DNA of 64,000 nucleotides from an uncultured virus (IMG/VR IMGVR_UViG_3300027708_002017) (IMGVR_UViG_3300027708_002017); one strand, 5' to 3'. Counted from the stretch's first letter, positions 19,694 to 30,889 are shown. Translations and numbers: made by a program. Notes: generated from the letters alone by a model not told the origin.

Positions 19694-20652
19694 TGCAATT
19701 TTCTACCATACCTTTTGAAAAGATCACATATTTTGGACAACAAACTATGTTGGATCGCCCGTTATTTAACGTAAGTTGGATATTGGGCAGATTTTGCAAT
19801 TATAAATGTAGTTACTGTTGGCCCTATGCAAGAACTGACATTCCAGATCACCAACCGCTTGAAGTATATAAATCTACTGTAGACGAGATTAAGCGTCAAG
19901 CACGAGCTAATGGGTTTAACCAGTTCCATTGGTCGTTCAGCGGCGGTGAACCAACTGCTTACAAATATTTATTAGACTTAACCAAACACTTGGATGACGG
20001 TGTAGCAACACCGTACCAAACAGTGCATATGACCACTAATCTAAGTCCCAGTTTGACATGGTGGCGCAACTGGCATAATGCAACCTGTTTGCTACAGCGT
20101 AGAAGCATTACTGCCAGTTATCACGCTGAGCATGCCAAAGAGTCCGAGTTCGGTGACAAGTGTTTGCAGTTGATGGAAGATTTAGTACATGTGACTATTA
20201 ATCAAGTTATGGTTCCTGATAAGTTTTTTGAAACCTTAGAGAGATGTGAACGTTTTCGTAAACGTGGCATCAATGTAACTCTTAAGCCTCAGAGTAATCC
20301 CAGCGCGACCAATATCGTAGACGGCTACACTCAGGAAATGATTGATATAATGAAGGACGATTTTGAACAACAAGAGGATAATCAGATCAGACTAACTGAC
20401 GGCAATCAAGATTATTACATAGATCAAGCAGAGCGTTTCAACGCATTAGACTTTAATAGTTTTACCCATTGGACTTGTAATAGCGGCTATCAAAGTGTTA
20501 TAATAAGAGGTAATGAAGTCAAGCGAGCCTATAGTTGCAAAGAAGAAAACTTAGGAACAATAGAAAAATTTACTTTGTTTTCCGCACCCAAAGTATGTGT
20601 AACTGATAGGTGTGTTAGTAGTGCAGACAGCAAGATACCAAAACGGAAATAA
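19693..20652 (+). CDS. Radical SAM enzyme with C-terminal Twitch-like Cys domain
   Basis: CNYKCSYC, SGGEP, W.CNSG...SC...C...C. Confidence 0.9.
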   Translation: MQFSTIPFEKITYFGQQTMLDRPLFNVSWILGRFCNYKCSYCWPYARTDIPDHQPLEVYKSTVDEIKRQARANGFNQFHWSFSGGEPTAYKYLLDLTKHLDDGVATPYQTVHMTTNLSPSLTWWRNWHNATCLLQRRSITASYHAEHAKESEFGDKCLQLMEDLVHVTINQVMVPDKFFETLERCERFRKRGINVTLKPQSNPSATNIVDGYTQEMIDIMKDDFEQQEDNQIRLTDGNQDYYIDQAERFNALDFNSFTHWTCNSGYQSVIIRGNEVKRAYSCKEENLGTIEKFTLFSAPKVCVTDRCVSSADSKIPKRK

Positions 20653-20653
20653 A

Positions 20654-21667
20654 ATGGAAATTACAGAAATAAAACAGAAATATACTAACCGTTTAGTAAG
20701 GGTAGGAGTAACCTTAAGTAACTACTGCAACTTTAAATGTTGGTACTGTTGGCCAGAGGCAAATGCCGGCACAATAAAATACCCCGATGCAGATGTGTTA
20801 ATTCCAAACTTGGCTCACTTGCTCGATTACTATCAGGAACATACAGGAAAAACTGAATTTGATTTTAATTTAGCAGGAGGTGAACCCACTAACTGGAAAC
20901 AATTTTTACCTTTTGTATCTTATTTTAAAAAGAATTATAATGTTAAAATGACAATGCATACCAACGGAAGTAGAAAACTAAGTTGGTGGGAAACGGTCTA
21001 TCCTTACTTAGACAATGTTTCTATTAGTGTGCATCACGAATTTGTCGATATAGAACATGTAAGGAACGTGGCGGATTTTTTATACAGCAAAAATGTGTTA
21101 GTTAGCTGTCAGGTATTAATGGACCCATCAGCTTGGGACAAGTGTATGGGCCTTGTTGAGGAGTTAAAGAAAAGTAAATATCATTGGTCTATTAGATATA
21201 ATGAAGTAATCCACCCAACATTAAATTACACAGACGAACAAAAAAATATTGTTAATTCTGTACGAGCTCGCGGTCAGTTATGGTGGTGGTTTTTGCTACA
21301 CAATCGTAGTTATAGAATAAACACCGTAGTAGTTGACACTAAAGGCAAATCTCATTCAGTCTCAGAAAATCATATTTTAGTAAACAAGATGAACAAATTT
21401 AAAGGATGGGAATGTAGTATAGGAGTCAACTGGCTTGCTGTAGGGCCGGAAGGCGGGCTAACAGGATACTGTGCAAACAGACTATTTGATAGTGATGTTA
21501 GATACAATTTATTTGATTCCAATTTTAAAGAAAAATTTAATCCTAATATAGTTCCTACTATTTGCGACCAGGAAGACTGCGTATGTGTTACTGATACCAA
21601 TATGCCTAAAAAAAGAATTGGAAATACGGTAACTAGAAAAATTATACCAATACGTTTAGAAAAATGA
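20654..21667 (+). CDS. Radical SAM enzyme with C-terminal Twitch/SPASM-like domain
   Basis: CNFKCWYC, AGGEP, WECSIG...C...CDQEDCVC. Confidence 0.9.
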   Translation: MEITEIKQKYTNRLVRVGVTLSNYCNFKCWYCWPEANAGTIKYPDADVLIPNLAHLLDYYQEHTGKTEFDFNLAGGEPTNWKQFLPFVSYFKKNYNVKMTMHTNGSRKLSWWETVYPYLDNVSISVHHEFVDIEHVRNVADFLYSKNVLVSCQVLMDPSAWDKCMGLVEELKKSKYHWSIRYNEVIHPTLNYTDEQKNIVNSVRARGQLWWWFLLHNRSYRINTVVVDTKGKSHSVSENHILVNKMNKFKGWECSIGVNWLAVGPEGGLTGYCANRLFDSDVRYNLFDSNFKEKFNPNIVPTICDQEDCVCVTDTNMPKKRIGNTVTRKIIPIRLEK

Positions 21668-22251
21668 AAATAGATTTAGATCATCTTCACTACTGGATGA
21701 ACGCAATCCGACAGAGTGCCAATCCTCTAAGGACCTTGGACGCTTTTTGGGCTGGACAAATTAAAAGCAAAGAATGGTTAATTGATAACTTGAAACCATT
21801 TGTTAATGATTCAGTTGATATAGAAATTTACGGAGGGTGGGTCGGCACACTTGCTAGTATGTTATTTCAAAGTGATGTTCCTATTAAGAAAATATTAAGT
21901 ATCGATATTGATCCTACTTGCGAGCATACTGCACACATGATGAATAAACTAGAAGAAATCGAAGGCAGATTTAAAGCTATAACTGAAGACATGTGTACAA
22001 TGTCGTCTACATGTGATGTGATAATAAATACCAGTTGCGAACATTTAACACAACCGCAATACGACTTGTGGTCGAGTAAGATGAAAGGACTGTTAGTGTT
22101 ACAGGGTAATAACTATGAAATTCCCGAACATGTGCGCCCATCTAAAAATCTGCAAGAGTTTAAAGACCAGTGCAAATTGAAGTTTGTACTGTGGGAAGGT
22201 GAATTAGAAACACCTGTATATACTCGATACATGGTTATAGGGCGTAAGTAA
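21664..22251 (+). CDS. Class I SAM-dependent methyltransferase-like protein
   Basis: IYGGWVG, SIDID, DVIINTSCEH. Confidence 0.7.
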   Translation: MKIDLDHLHYWMNAIRQSANPLRTLDAFWAGQIKSKEWLIDNLKPFVNDSVDIEIYGGWVGTLASMLFQSDVPIKKILSIDIDPTCEHTAHMMNKLEEIEGRFKAITEDMCTMSSTCDVIINTSCEHLTQPQYDLWSSKMKGLLVLQGNNYEIPEHVRPSKNLQEFKDQCKLKFVLWEGELETPVYTRYMVIGRK

Positions 22252-23327
22252 TGTTTAAGTTTTCTCAACTACGTCGAATACATTTGGAAATTACCAACAA
22301 CTGCCAAGCTAGTTGTCCTATGTGCAGTAGGAATATTAACGGCGGAGTAGTTAATCCTCTTATACAAGTTAATAATTGGACTCTAGAAAATTTTAAAAAT
22401 GTTATTAATTCCGAAGTGTTAACGAACCTAGAAGGTATAAACTTTTGTGGAAACTTTGGAGATCCATTATTAAACAACGATTTACTTGAAATGGTGGAAC
22501 ATGTAGTTGCCACTAATCCGTTTGTTTCTATACATATACACACAAATGGTAGTTTAAGAAATACTGCATGGTGGACTAGATTGGCCACAGCCCTTCCCAA
22601 ACGACATGTTGTAGTTTTTGCCATCGACGGATTAAAGGATACCCATAGCGTACATCGCATAGGTACAGATTATGATCAGGTTATTCACAATGCCAGTTCA
22701 TTTATAAAAGCCGGGGGCATTGCAGAGTGGACGTTTATTAGATTTAAACACAATGCACATGAAGTAGAATCTGCTAAAGTATTAGCTTCGGAATTAGGTT
22801 TTAAAAGTTTTGTTATGAAAGACAGTAGCAGATTTGTTGTAGATACAGAATTTCCAGTACTTGACAAACACGGTAATGTTACACATTATCTACAACCAGC
22901 AACTGAAAGTAAAATTGTTTTTCTTAAAAAACAAGATATATTAAATTATAAAAAAATAGCCGAAGACAGTATAATTGATTGCTATGCATTAAAGTACAAA
23001 GAAATCTACATAGATGCGTTTGGTAGATTATTCCCCTGTTGTTGGATAGCTAGTGCGCCTTATAATTACATAGATCTAGAATCGGAAATAGCACATGTCC
23101 GACAGGAAATTTTAAAACAATATCATATGTTGATTGAAGACTTAGGAGGCATTGATAATATCGATACTAAAAATAGGTCTGTAAAAGAAATAGTAGACTC
23201 TGAAGAATATCAAACAGTTTGGGACAAATATTGGCACGAACAAAAACTAATAACTTGTGCTAGGACATGCGGTACTAATAAACTTAGCAAGCCTAGAGAC
23301 CAATTCATCATCAGTGAAGAGCTATGA
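22251..23327 (+). CDS. Radical SAM/SPASM enzyme
   Basis: CQASCPMC, CGNFGDP, C...FPCCW...CARTC. Confidence 0.9.
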   Translation: MFKFSQLRRIHLEITNNCQASCPMCSRNINGGVVNPLIQVNNWTLENFKNVINSEVLTNLEGINFCGNFGDPLLNNDLLEMVEHVVATNPFVSIHIHTNGSLRNTAWWTRLATALPKRHVVVFAIDGLKDTHSVHRIGTDYDQVIHNASSFIKAGGIAEWTFIRFKHNAHEVESAKVLASELGFKSFVMKDSSRFVVDTEFPVLDKHGNVTHYLQPATESKIVFLKKQDILNYKKIAEDSIIDCYALKYKEIYIDAFGRLFPCCWIASAPYNYIDLESEIAHVRQEILKQYHMLIEDLGGIDNIDTKNRSVKEIVDSEEYQTVWDKYWHEQKLITCARTCGTNKLSKPRDQFIISEEL

Positions 23328-24625
23328 AAAATAATTTATGCCCGTTGCCTTGGATACATCTTGCTACACGACCTAACGGTGATGTGCGTGTGTGCTGTAC
23401 TGCCAATGCAAGCGGCGCGGGCGAAGAAGATGACAAAGGTGTTGGGTTAGTTACTGCTAATGGTAAGAACATGAATTTGCAAGATTACTCTCTTGCAGAA
23501 GTATGGAATAGTGAGTATATGAAATCTGTACGATTGCAGATGTTGAATAATCAAATTCCTCCTAGCTGTACTAAATGCTTTGAAGAAGAATCAAAAGGTA
23601 TTGTAAGTAAAAGACAATGGGAAACTATCGTTTGGAATGAACGTTTGGATATGCCTTTGATCATAAACAACACTAGTGCCGACGGCAGTTTGCCTGTTGA
23701 TATTCCATACTTTGATTTACGACTAGGAAATCTTTGCCAGCTCAAATGTATCATGTGCAGTCCGCATGATAGTAGCAGTTGGATCAAAGAATGGAAACTA
23801 CAATATCCTAAATATAAAACTATTGAACTAAGACAAGATCAGCAATGGAACAGTGACTTTGATTATACATGGTATAAAAAAAGTAGTTTTCTTAGCGATA
23901 TGAGATCCCAGGCACATAATATTCGCGAATTGTATTTTGCCGGAGGTGAGCCGTTGTTAATACCTGAACACTATAAAATTTTAGAGTTTATGGTAGAAAC
24001 TGGCGCGGCCAAGTCCTGCGTATTACGTTACAATTCAAACGGATTAGAATTGCCTGAAAACTTATTTGAATTGTGGAATCATTTTAAACAGGTAAAGTTT
24101 AATTTTAGTGTTGATGCTATTGGTATTCGTAATGATTACATACGTTATCCTAGCAAATGGGCCGATGTCGTTGCTAACTTAGAACGACTTGACGACACTC
24201 CTGATAACATTACAGTTAATATTGCCTGTGCTGTCCAATTGTTAAACGTGCTAACTGTGCCAGAGTTTGTACATTGGAAGGAAAGTAAAAATTTTAAAAA
24301 GATTAATCTTCCGCCTTACGGTGCTGGATTAATAGGAACACATTTAGTATATCTGCCAAGTTATTTAAATGTTAAAGTATTGCCACAACATTTAAAAAAT
24401 AAAGTAGCCAGACAGGTGGAATATTTCTGCTCTAGAAAAAGTACAGATGTTGAATTTATGAACAATCCATATGGGTTAAAACGCTGGCAAGGGCTAGTTC
24501 AATATATGATGTCAGAAGATTGGACTAACAAATTACCCATGTTGGAAGATTACTTAACTGTTACCGATGCTCAACGAGGAACAGACTTTAGGAAGATATT
24601 TCCTGAACTAGTAGATCTTTTTTAA
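23324..24625 (+). CDS. Radical SAM enzyme, N-terminal SPASM/Twitch-like domain
   Basis: CPLPW..VCC..CTKC; CQLKCIMC; AGGEP. Confidence 0.9.
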   Translation: MKNNLCPLPWIHLATRPNGDVRVCCTANASGAGEEDDKGVGLVTANGKNMNLQDYSLAEVWNSEYMKSVRLQMLNNQIPPSCTKCFEEESKGIVSKRQWETIVWNERLDMPLIINNTSADGSLPVDIPYFDLRLGNLCQLKCIMCSPHDSSSWIKEWKLQYPKYKTIELRQDQQWNSDFDYTWYKKSSFLSDMRSQAHNIRELYFAGGEPLLIPEHYKILEFMVETGAAKSCVLRYNSNGLELPENLFELWNHFKQVKFNFSVDAIGIRNDYIRYPSKWADVVANLERLDDTPDNITVNIACAVQLLNVLTVPEFVHWKESKNFKKINLPPYGAGLIGTHLVYLPSYLNVKVLPQHLKNKVARQVEYFCSRKSTDVEFMNNPYGLKRWQGLVQYMMSEDWTNKLPMLEDYLTVTDAQRGTDFRKIFPELVDLF

Positions 24626-25685
24626 TTTGTATAAAATCTGTTAAGTCTTTTGCTTTGGGTACACACATGCCGCACCCGCATCGAGTATTAGGGCAGACAA
24701 TACTTTCTTTACTCTGCAAACGCATTTCTAAATCTGCAATCAATTGATCCGCATCTTTAAGCAAGCCTACAGGCCCACGCTTGTTTCCGTGTAATGCTTG
24801 GCATGTTTGATGATGATACACTGTATCAGTTTCTTGGTCGATATGTAAGAAATAGTGATCTACCATACAACTCCAACCTTTGAAGTGTGTATCGACTAGT
24901 TTAATAGCTTGCCACTCTCCGTTGACTTTGCCTGTAGTACAACGCCTACCGCAACAAGTTCTGCCAATGTCTGTTCCTTCCTTGTTATCGTTAGGAGCAC
25001 TACCTACACCCATTTTGTTATAGAACCACGCAATCTGTTCTGGATTGTATTCGTGGCTAGTTCTACGCATAACACCAGTACTATCACTAAACCAACCTTT
25101 GCGAGTTATATTTCCATCACCGATTGGTCTTGGATTATATTTGATACCTAGTTGATCTAACTGTTCGCACACTCCAACAGTTTCATCCCAAAAATCTGTA
25201 TGTAACATAACATTAACTTGTAACCAAACATTTGATTTACTTAAACTGATAATGTTATCAATGACTTGCTTTTTAAGATTTGGGTGTGCTTCAGCATGAT
25301 AGCTAACAGTAACACCGGAAAAGTTTTTTATAATACGGTCTGTAAATTTTGGACTCCACGCACCATTAGTTGTTAGACTTAAATTGTATCCAGGTTGTTG
25401 ATTAACAAATTCTACAAAATCAAAAAAGTGTGGGTTACTGGTAGGTTCGCCGCCTGTGAAATTAATGTTAGTTACAGACATATTACGTTGTGCATTATAC
25501 AATTTAGTCCATCGTTGTATGAAGTCAAATGTGATTTTTAATTCTTTTATAGTACGATGCTTGCTAGTATTATTATGTCTTGTATCTTCGCAGTAGGTGC
25601 AGTCGTAATTACATCGACGCCCGACATCCCATGTTACCATCATAGACTCTGGATGTTCTAAATTAATTGCAGTAGTTTTAATCAT
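24588..25685 (-). CDS. Radical SAM enzyme with Cys-rich C-terminus
   Basis: CNYDCTYC, TGGEP, CCGRRC, CPNTRCGCGMC. Confidence 0.9.
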   Translation of the reverse strand: MIKTTAINLEHPESMMVTWDVGRRCNYDCTYCEDTRHNNTSKHRTIKELKITFDFIQRWTKLYNAQRNMSVTNINFTGGEPTSNPHFFDFVEFVNQQPGYNLSLTTNGAWSPKFTDRIIKNFSGVTVSYHAEAHPNLKKQVIDNIISLSKSNVWLQVNVMLHTDFWDETVGVCEQLDQLGIKYNPRPIGDGNITRKGWFSDSTGVMRRTSHEYNPEQIAWFYNKMGVGSAPNDNKEGTDIGRTCCGRRCTTGKVNGEWQAIKLVDTHFKGWSCMVDHYFLHIDQETDTVYHHQTCQALHGNKRGPVGLLKDADQLIADLEMRLQSKESIVCPNTRCGCGMCVPKAKDLTDFIQIKKDLLVQEISS

Positions 25686-26178
25686 GGGTACTTACTTGTA
25701 AGATGATGCGTGGTACATATCCAATGTTGGCCGCGCCATGTAATGCGTTAGCATCTTCGTACATATAAACATCGCCTTTTTTGTAATTTGTAATAACTCG
25801 ATCTTCATACATCATAATATGTCCAGGTTGCCAATCTTGAAAAGCTACCCAGAACCGTTGACTGCTATGCTGATACAGTGTGTGTGGATCAACATGCATG
25901 GGCATAAAGTTTCCAGGATTCATTTTTGTAAACCACCAGTGATACTTTTGATCTGTAAAAGGTACGGACAACTCGAAGGGAAAATTTTCTGGTGTAAACA
26001 TGTAAAAATACTTGGCGTCGTCTTTGTATCCAGCAGTTCTTGCTTTTTGATACTCTGCCAGTTCTTGGGGACTATCTGGTTTCTTTCCTTCGGCCGGCCT
26101 TCCAAATCCAGTATTCTCAAGAATAAAATCAATCCATTGTTGATCAATCCAACCACTATAGTTACCTACATATTTCAT
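25678..26178 (-). CDS. 2OG-Fe(II)/cupin oxygenase
   Basis: PMHVD...LHGAAN...R. Confidence 0.75.
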   Translation of the reverse strand: MKYVGNYSGWIDQQWIDFILENTGFGRPAEGKKPDSPQELAEYQKARTAGYKDDAKYFYMFTPENFPFELSVPFTDQKYHWWFTKMNPGNFMPMHVDPHTLYQHSSQRFWVAFQDWQPGHIMMYEDRVITNYKKGDVYMYEDANALHGAANIGYVPRIILQVSTHD

Positions 26179-27080
26179 GGTGCTACCTTTGTCAGTGGAA
26201 TGTCTGCCGCGCAGGTACAGAAATTTCTATCGCATCTAACGGGTTCGCTAGGTGCAACGAAGTCGCCTTCGTATATGTTTCCTAGACTACCACCGACTCT
26301 ACAAGTGGCGCGATGTACATCACCGTCCCAATTTATCATTAGGCTTTCTATACCTGCGTTGCAAGTCCAACCATTAAATTTATTTAGATGTAGTTTGATA
26401 ACATCATTAGCATGCTTGAGCCTCGGCATATCAGGCTCTTCTTTCAAAAACATTACTGTATTTTCTGGCACAGTGGAATCCATTTCTTTGAGCCAGTTTA
26501 AATCATTTGTATTGTAGCGCATATCATCAAACAAATCATGATCGCCTTGTGTCCAACGTATACGTCTAACCGTGTTGGGTATCTTTGCTAACAAACATTT
26601 GGCTCGTAATTGTATTACTGCCGGCATATGATCTTGGTGAGCCATAATTTGTGCAATGACTTTTATTTCAGTTATATTATTAATACTTTCAATAGTATTG
26701 AACACACGTTTCCAATCGTATTCTAAATGAACACTAATTACATATTGATCAACAGGTAACCCTGCATAAAATTCATACGGGCGTGTTCCGTTTGTTGTTA
26801 CACTAATCCAACCGATACCCACATGTTTACAATACTTAACTAACTCATCGAACTTAGGATGCACACAAGGTTCGCCTCCAGTAAAACTTAGACGTATAGG
26901 CTTGCCTAATGTTACAAGTTTGTCTACTGCACGTTTAAGAATTTCTACATCGGTATGCGGACTTGAATTGTCATGTATACTAGCAGGGCAGTAACTACAA
27001 TCATAGTTACAGCGTTTACCAAGATTCCATTCGACCTTGATACTGTCTTGGTGCGGCCACCGACTGGTAACTTTAAGCAT
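26175..27080 (-). CDS. Radical SAM enzyme with C-terminal Twitch/SPASM-like domain
   Basis: CNYDCSYC, TGGEP, WTCNAG..TC..LGNI..CDRNFCTC. Confidence 0.9.
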   Translation of the reverse strand: MLKVTSRWPHQDSIKVEWNLGKRCNYDCSYCPASIHDNSSPHTDVEILKRAVDKLVTLGKPIRLSFTGGEPCVHPKFDELVKYCKHVGIGWISVTTNGTRPYEFYAGLPVDQYVISVHLEYDWKRVFNTIESINNITEIKVIAQIMAHQDHMPAVIQLRAKCLLAKIPNTVRRIRWTQGDHDLFDDMRYNTNDLNWLKEMDSTVPENTVMFLKEEPDMPRLKHANDVIKLHLNKFNGWTCNAGIESLMINWDGDVHRATCRVGGSLGNIYEGDFVAPSEPVRCDRNFCTCAADIPLTKVAP

Positions 27081-28326
27081 ACGGCCTAAACTCCGGCGTA
27101 ACATCGAGAAAACTTTGTCCTCTGCTGGCATCTAGTTTGCGATTAAATTCCAAACACTCCTGCCATAAATGCGAACGGTCTACTTTAAGGTAATTAATAA
27201 CGCCGTCAATTTGTTTGTAAGTTATACCTATAAGTATAGGATTTTCTAAAACATATTTAAATCCATGTACTCGACTGCGTATTGCTTGTAGCCTTGTTAT
27301 GGCTTCCAATCGTAAATTCTTTGGCATTGCTTGTACTGACAGCGCAGTCGGATAATTAACCATGTTGGTATAGAATACAACACCTAAGTCGTTTAAAAAA
27401 TATTCTATCATTTTGTCCAGCACCATTACATTGCTAACTTGTACAGCCACTGCGCCAACAATACGACTGATATTAGGAATAGTTTGTATTTGTTTAATGT
27501 TATTGATTAATTCTGCCCAAGATGCGTTACCTCGAACGTATTCATAACTTGCATCAATTCCATCAATACTAACATTAACAGCAACTGACTTAAACTTGGG
27601 CCAGTATTGCCAAATAGTTCTGTTGTTCTTACCTAGCATAGTTAAATTAGTAGCGTACTTGATTTCAATGTTATTACCGTAAGGTGCAAGCATATCGAGT
27701 ATTTTATAATGTGTAGGATCCATCAGAGGTTCACCGCCTGCAAACTCTACTCGTCTAAAGTAAGGCAACAGTTTTTCAAAACTTTCCCACCAGTTATCTG
27801 TGTCTACAAAACTATCTAAGAAAGGTTTGTTTTTAAGATTTAAGTCATTAATCTTTTTTACTAGAAAGTTATCTTCTTTTTGATAATGACTTTCAATCTC
27901 CTGCCAATCATTCCAGCTTGTACTATCCATAGGATTACACATTCGGCATTTAAGGTTGCACAGATTGTTTAATTTGATCTCCATTGTTGGAAGTTCAAAC
28001 GGCATAGTGTAATTTTCACGCATGGTGCTAACAGCATTTGGATAAAGTGTAATGCGTGACTCCGGAATAACATCGGCAATATGACGTTGACGTAAACTTT
28101 CAACACCTTGGTCTTCTAAATTAAAACACGGAGCGCACTCGGGCGGTCTTTCATCAGACAGCACTTGTTTACGTATGCGTTGCATGTTATCGTTATTCCA
28201 AATTTCTTCAAGAGTGCTATCTTGTATAAATCCAATAGGGTGACTACGGCAACATACTTTAACTGCTCCGTCTTCTCTAGTAGCTAGGCCTGTGAAAGGA
28301 TGCATACAAAATGTTTTACTTTGCAT
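27073..28326 (-). CDS. Radical SAM enzyme, N-terminal SPASM/Twitch-like domain
   Basis: Start MQSKTFCMHPF; VCC; CAPC; CNLKCRMC; AGGEP. Confidence 0.9.
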   Translation of the reverse strand: MQSKTFCMHPFTGLATREDGAVKVCCRSHPIGFIQDSTLEEIWNNDNMQRIRKQVLSDERPPECAPCFNLEDQGVESLRQRHIADVIPESRITLYPNAVSTMRENYTMPFELPTMEIKLNNLCNLKCRMCNPMDSTSWNDWQEIESHYQKEDNFLVKKINDLNLKNKPFLDSFVDTDNWWESFEKLLPYFRRVEFAGGEPLMDPTHYKILDMLAPYGNNIEIKYATNLTMLGKNNRTIWQYWPKFKSVAVNVSIDGIDASYEYVRGNASWAELINNIKQIQTIPNISRIVGAVAVQVSNVMVLDKMIEYFLNDLGVVFYTNMVNYPTALSVQAMPKNLRLEAITRLQAIRSRVHGFKYVLENPILIGITYKQIDGVINYLKVDRSHLWQECLEFNRKLDASRGQSFLDVTPEFRPYA

Positions 28327-29002
28327 TGTCAATGCCCCACCGGCGTTCTTTACACCAAAAACAAACTCCGCATGTAGGAACTTCTTGTCCGGGAACATAG
28401 TTACTTTGATCCAACTCTTCAAAGTCGCCCTCACAGCTACGAGTGATGTTAAACAAATCCCATAGATTAAGTTTTTTATATTGTGATACTACATAATCTT
28501 TATGTACAGTTGAATAAGGTTGGCATGCAAATCCTCCTAGATGTTCTCTAATAGGTTGCATTGTAGTACCCTCTATACTTCGATCAATTGGGCCGCCTGT
28601 TACATCTGCTGGATTTAATGTATCACCTGCATAATATGCGGAGACACCTTCTTTAACACAGACGTATTCGGCATAACTACGTGTAATAATTTGATTGCCC
28701 ATCTTAGGGCCGATGTACACTCCTTCTAATTCAGGAGGAATAAAATTTTCATGCCTAACAAATTTTATGTTAGGGAATTTTCTTACAAAATAGTTAAACA
28801 CATCTAAACTGTTATATTTTTGCCAAGGGCGTGTCTTCCACATTCTTACATTGGATATCACATGAATAGTCGTATCTTCTACTAGTGTGCATAGCTGATG
28901 TGTTAATAGAGCACTGTCGCATCCACCGCTTAAACTTATAGCAATGTTTTTCCATGCAGGATCGAACGGGATAGCTACTCCGTCAAAATTATGTAATATC
29001 AC
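28316..29002 (-). CDS. QueC-like PP-loop ATP pyrophosphatase
   Basis: SLSGGCDS PP-loop; TRSC...CGVCFWCKER; start uncertain (GTG 29002). Confidence 0.75.
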   Translation of the reverse strand: MILHNFDGVAIPFDPAWKNIAISLSGGCDSALLTHQLCTLVEDTTIHVISNVRMWKTRPWQKYNSLDVFNYFVRKFPNIKFVRHENFIPPELEGVYIGPKMGNQIITRSYAEYVCVKEGVSAYYAGDTLNPADVTGGPIDRSIEGTTMQPIREHLGGFACQPYSTVHKDYVVSQYKKLNLWDLFNITRSCEGDFEELDQSNYVPGQEVPTCGVCFWCKERRWGIDNAK

Positions 29003-30174
29003 TTCCAATCTCCGTTCATATGCCATGTTGGAGTTTTCAATTTATTGATAGGAATTACTCCATTGCGTATATCTGTAAATCCGTCACAACTACGCTGACT
29101 AATCAATACGTTCCATGTTGATGGCAACTTAGATAATAGCATATTTTCCATGTGCAGTCTATATTTTAGGCTACAAAACATAGCAGTTCCTTCGTAGCAA
29201 AATATGTTGCTGATATTGATTAATGTTTTTTTCTCTGGGAATTTGATAAAGTTATCGATATTTGAAATGCCCATTAAATCAATTTTGACAAATTCAATAT
29301 TCTTCCAGGTTATAACATCTCGATAATAATCTAAGGATTTTTGATTATAATCATATACGATTACATTTGCATCCGGCGTTGCATACTTTAGCAATTCTAC
29401 ACCGCTTGCTGTAATAATAAGTTGATCATACGTGTCATTAATATGAAAAATTTCTGTGTGAGAAGTATGAACAAACTCTGTCATACAATAGTTGTATCTA
29501 GCGTGTGCCCAGGATATTTGATTTAGAAACTCAATTGGGTTTTCGGGATAGTAATACTTTTTATATTGTCGAATGTTTTCAGAAAATGCTACAATTTGAT
29601 ATCCTTGCATTAATCCTTTGCTAATAAGATTATGCCCGTGCATCTTATGTTTATATAAAGTTTGAGAACTACCCGGCGATATAAACAAAGGTGTATAATC
29701 GTCGTGTAAATTTTCAACAGTTCTAACAGGCGATATCTGCATGTGAGTTGAACCGAGTGTTTGTTGTCCAACTGCCGGTTGTCCTAATATATTATATTTT
29801 TCTAAATTTATCAAGTAACATTGATGATGCAGTTCGTAGTACGCCTCTTGCCTGTCTAAAATATGCCCGTAGATAAAAAAATCAGTTTTGGATAGTTTTT
29901 CAATTTCTTTAAAAAAATTAGTTCCAACAATAAATTCTGTACCTGTGCTAAAAACAACTGCATGTTGGTAGCCTAAATTTGCTACATGTGATAGTATAGT
30001 ATCTTCGTCCAACGAAACAAATACGTCATACCCTTCGCCATACAAATTTGAAATTGTGTAATCGCTTATGTTTTTCATTAGCTCTACAGTATAACCGTCT
30101 TTGTAGTCTGCGGTGTTATCTACAATGCAGTATGCTATGCTTTTTGAGTTGTGTCTATATTCGATTACGTTCAT
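28999..30174 (-). CDS. Hypothetical protein (possible transferase domains)
   Basis: Long ORF; ATG 30174 lies 5 nt after TATAAATA. Confidence 0.65.
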   Translation of the reverse strand: MNVIEYRHNSKSIAYCIVDNTADYKDGYTVELMKNISDYTISNLYGEGYDVFVSLDEDTILSHVANLGYQHAVVFSTGTEFIVGTNFFKEIEKLSKTDFFIYGHILDRQEAYYELHHQCYLINLEKYNILGQPAVGQQTLGSTHMQISPVRTVENLHDDYTPLFISPGSSQTLYKHKMHGHNLISKGLMQGYQIVAFSENIRQYKKYYYPENPIEFLNQISWAHARYNYCMTEFVHTSHTEIFHINDTYDQLIITASGVELLKYATPDANVIVYDYNQKSLDYYRDVITWKNIEFVKIDLMGISNIDNFIKFPEKKTLINISNIFCYEGTAMFCSLKYRLHMENMLLSKLPSTWNVLISQRSCDGFTDIRNGVIPINKLKTPTWHMNGDWK

Positions 30175-30214
30175 ATTAATATTTATAGGTACTATCCTAC
30201 CGCTAAATAATTTC

Positions 30215-30889
30215 ATGCTAATACCTACCAATTATACAGTTGATATAACATTGTTCCAAGAAGCATGTCACCGTTTGCCAAAAGGTGCGATGAAAACAAC
30301 TATTAACAACCCAACCGGTGACTTCTTTTACGATCCATGGGTCATAAAGGATGAATATAAAGGAACAGTTTGGGAAACACTTTATAACAGTTTGCCTGAG
30401 GTTAAAGGAGAAGCAAGGATCATTATTTTAGATCCAGGGCAATGTTATCAAGTCCATGCAGACATTGATGACCGTTATCATTTGAATGTATTAGGCGATA
30501 ACAGTTACTTAATTGATTTAGTTCGTGAAACAATGCACCCGCTTGTACAAGATGGCATTTGGTATGACATGGATGCTAGTTTTTTACATACAGCTACTAA
30601 CTTTGGGCGCAGGGCAAGAGTTCAGCTGGTTGTTAGGAAGTTACTAAAAAAGAACAAACTAACAAATCCAGTCGCGGTGTCTGTAGTTACTAGTATTGAC
30701 AATCCTAACTACGCTAGATTTTTATTTGATAATACAATGAGTCCATGGTTTAACGAAGCAAACAAACTAGGATTCATAAACAGTTTTGTTCAAGGCGAAG
30801 TAACAATAAAGTTTAATATAGAACAAGATCGTTTACAATCTCTAAAACGTATTTTGCCTAGTGAATTTATTATAACTTCTAACAATTAG
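30215..30889 (+). CDS. Asp/Asn beta-hydroxylase-like 2OG-Fe(II) oxygenase
   Basis: HADID...LHTATN...R; start MLIPTNY. Confidence 0.7.
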   Translation: MLIPTNYTVDITLFQEACHRLPKGAMKTTINNPTGDFFYDPWVIKDEYKGTVWETLYNSLPEVKGEARIIILDPGQCYQVHADIDDRYHLNVLGDNSYLIDLVRETMHPLVQDGIWYDMDASFLHTATNFGRRARVQLVVRKLLKKNKLTNPVAVSVVTSIDNPNYARFLFDNTMSPWFNEANKLGFINSFVQGEVTIKFNIEQDRLQSLKRILPSEFIITSNN

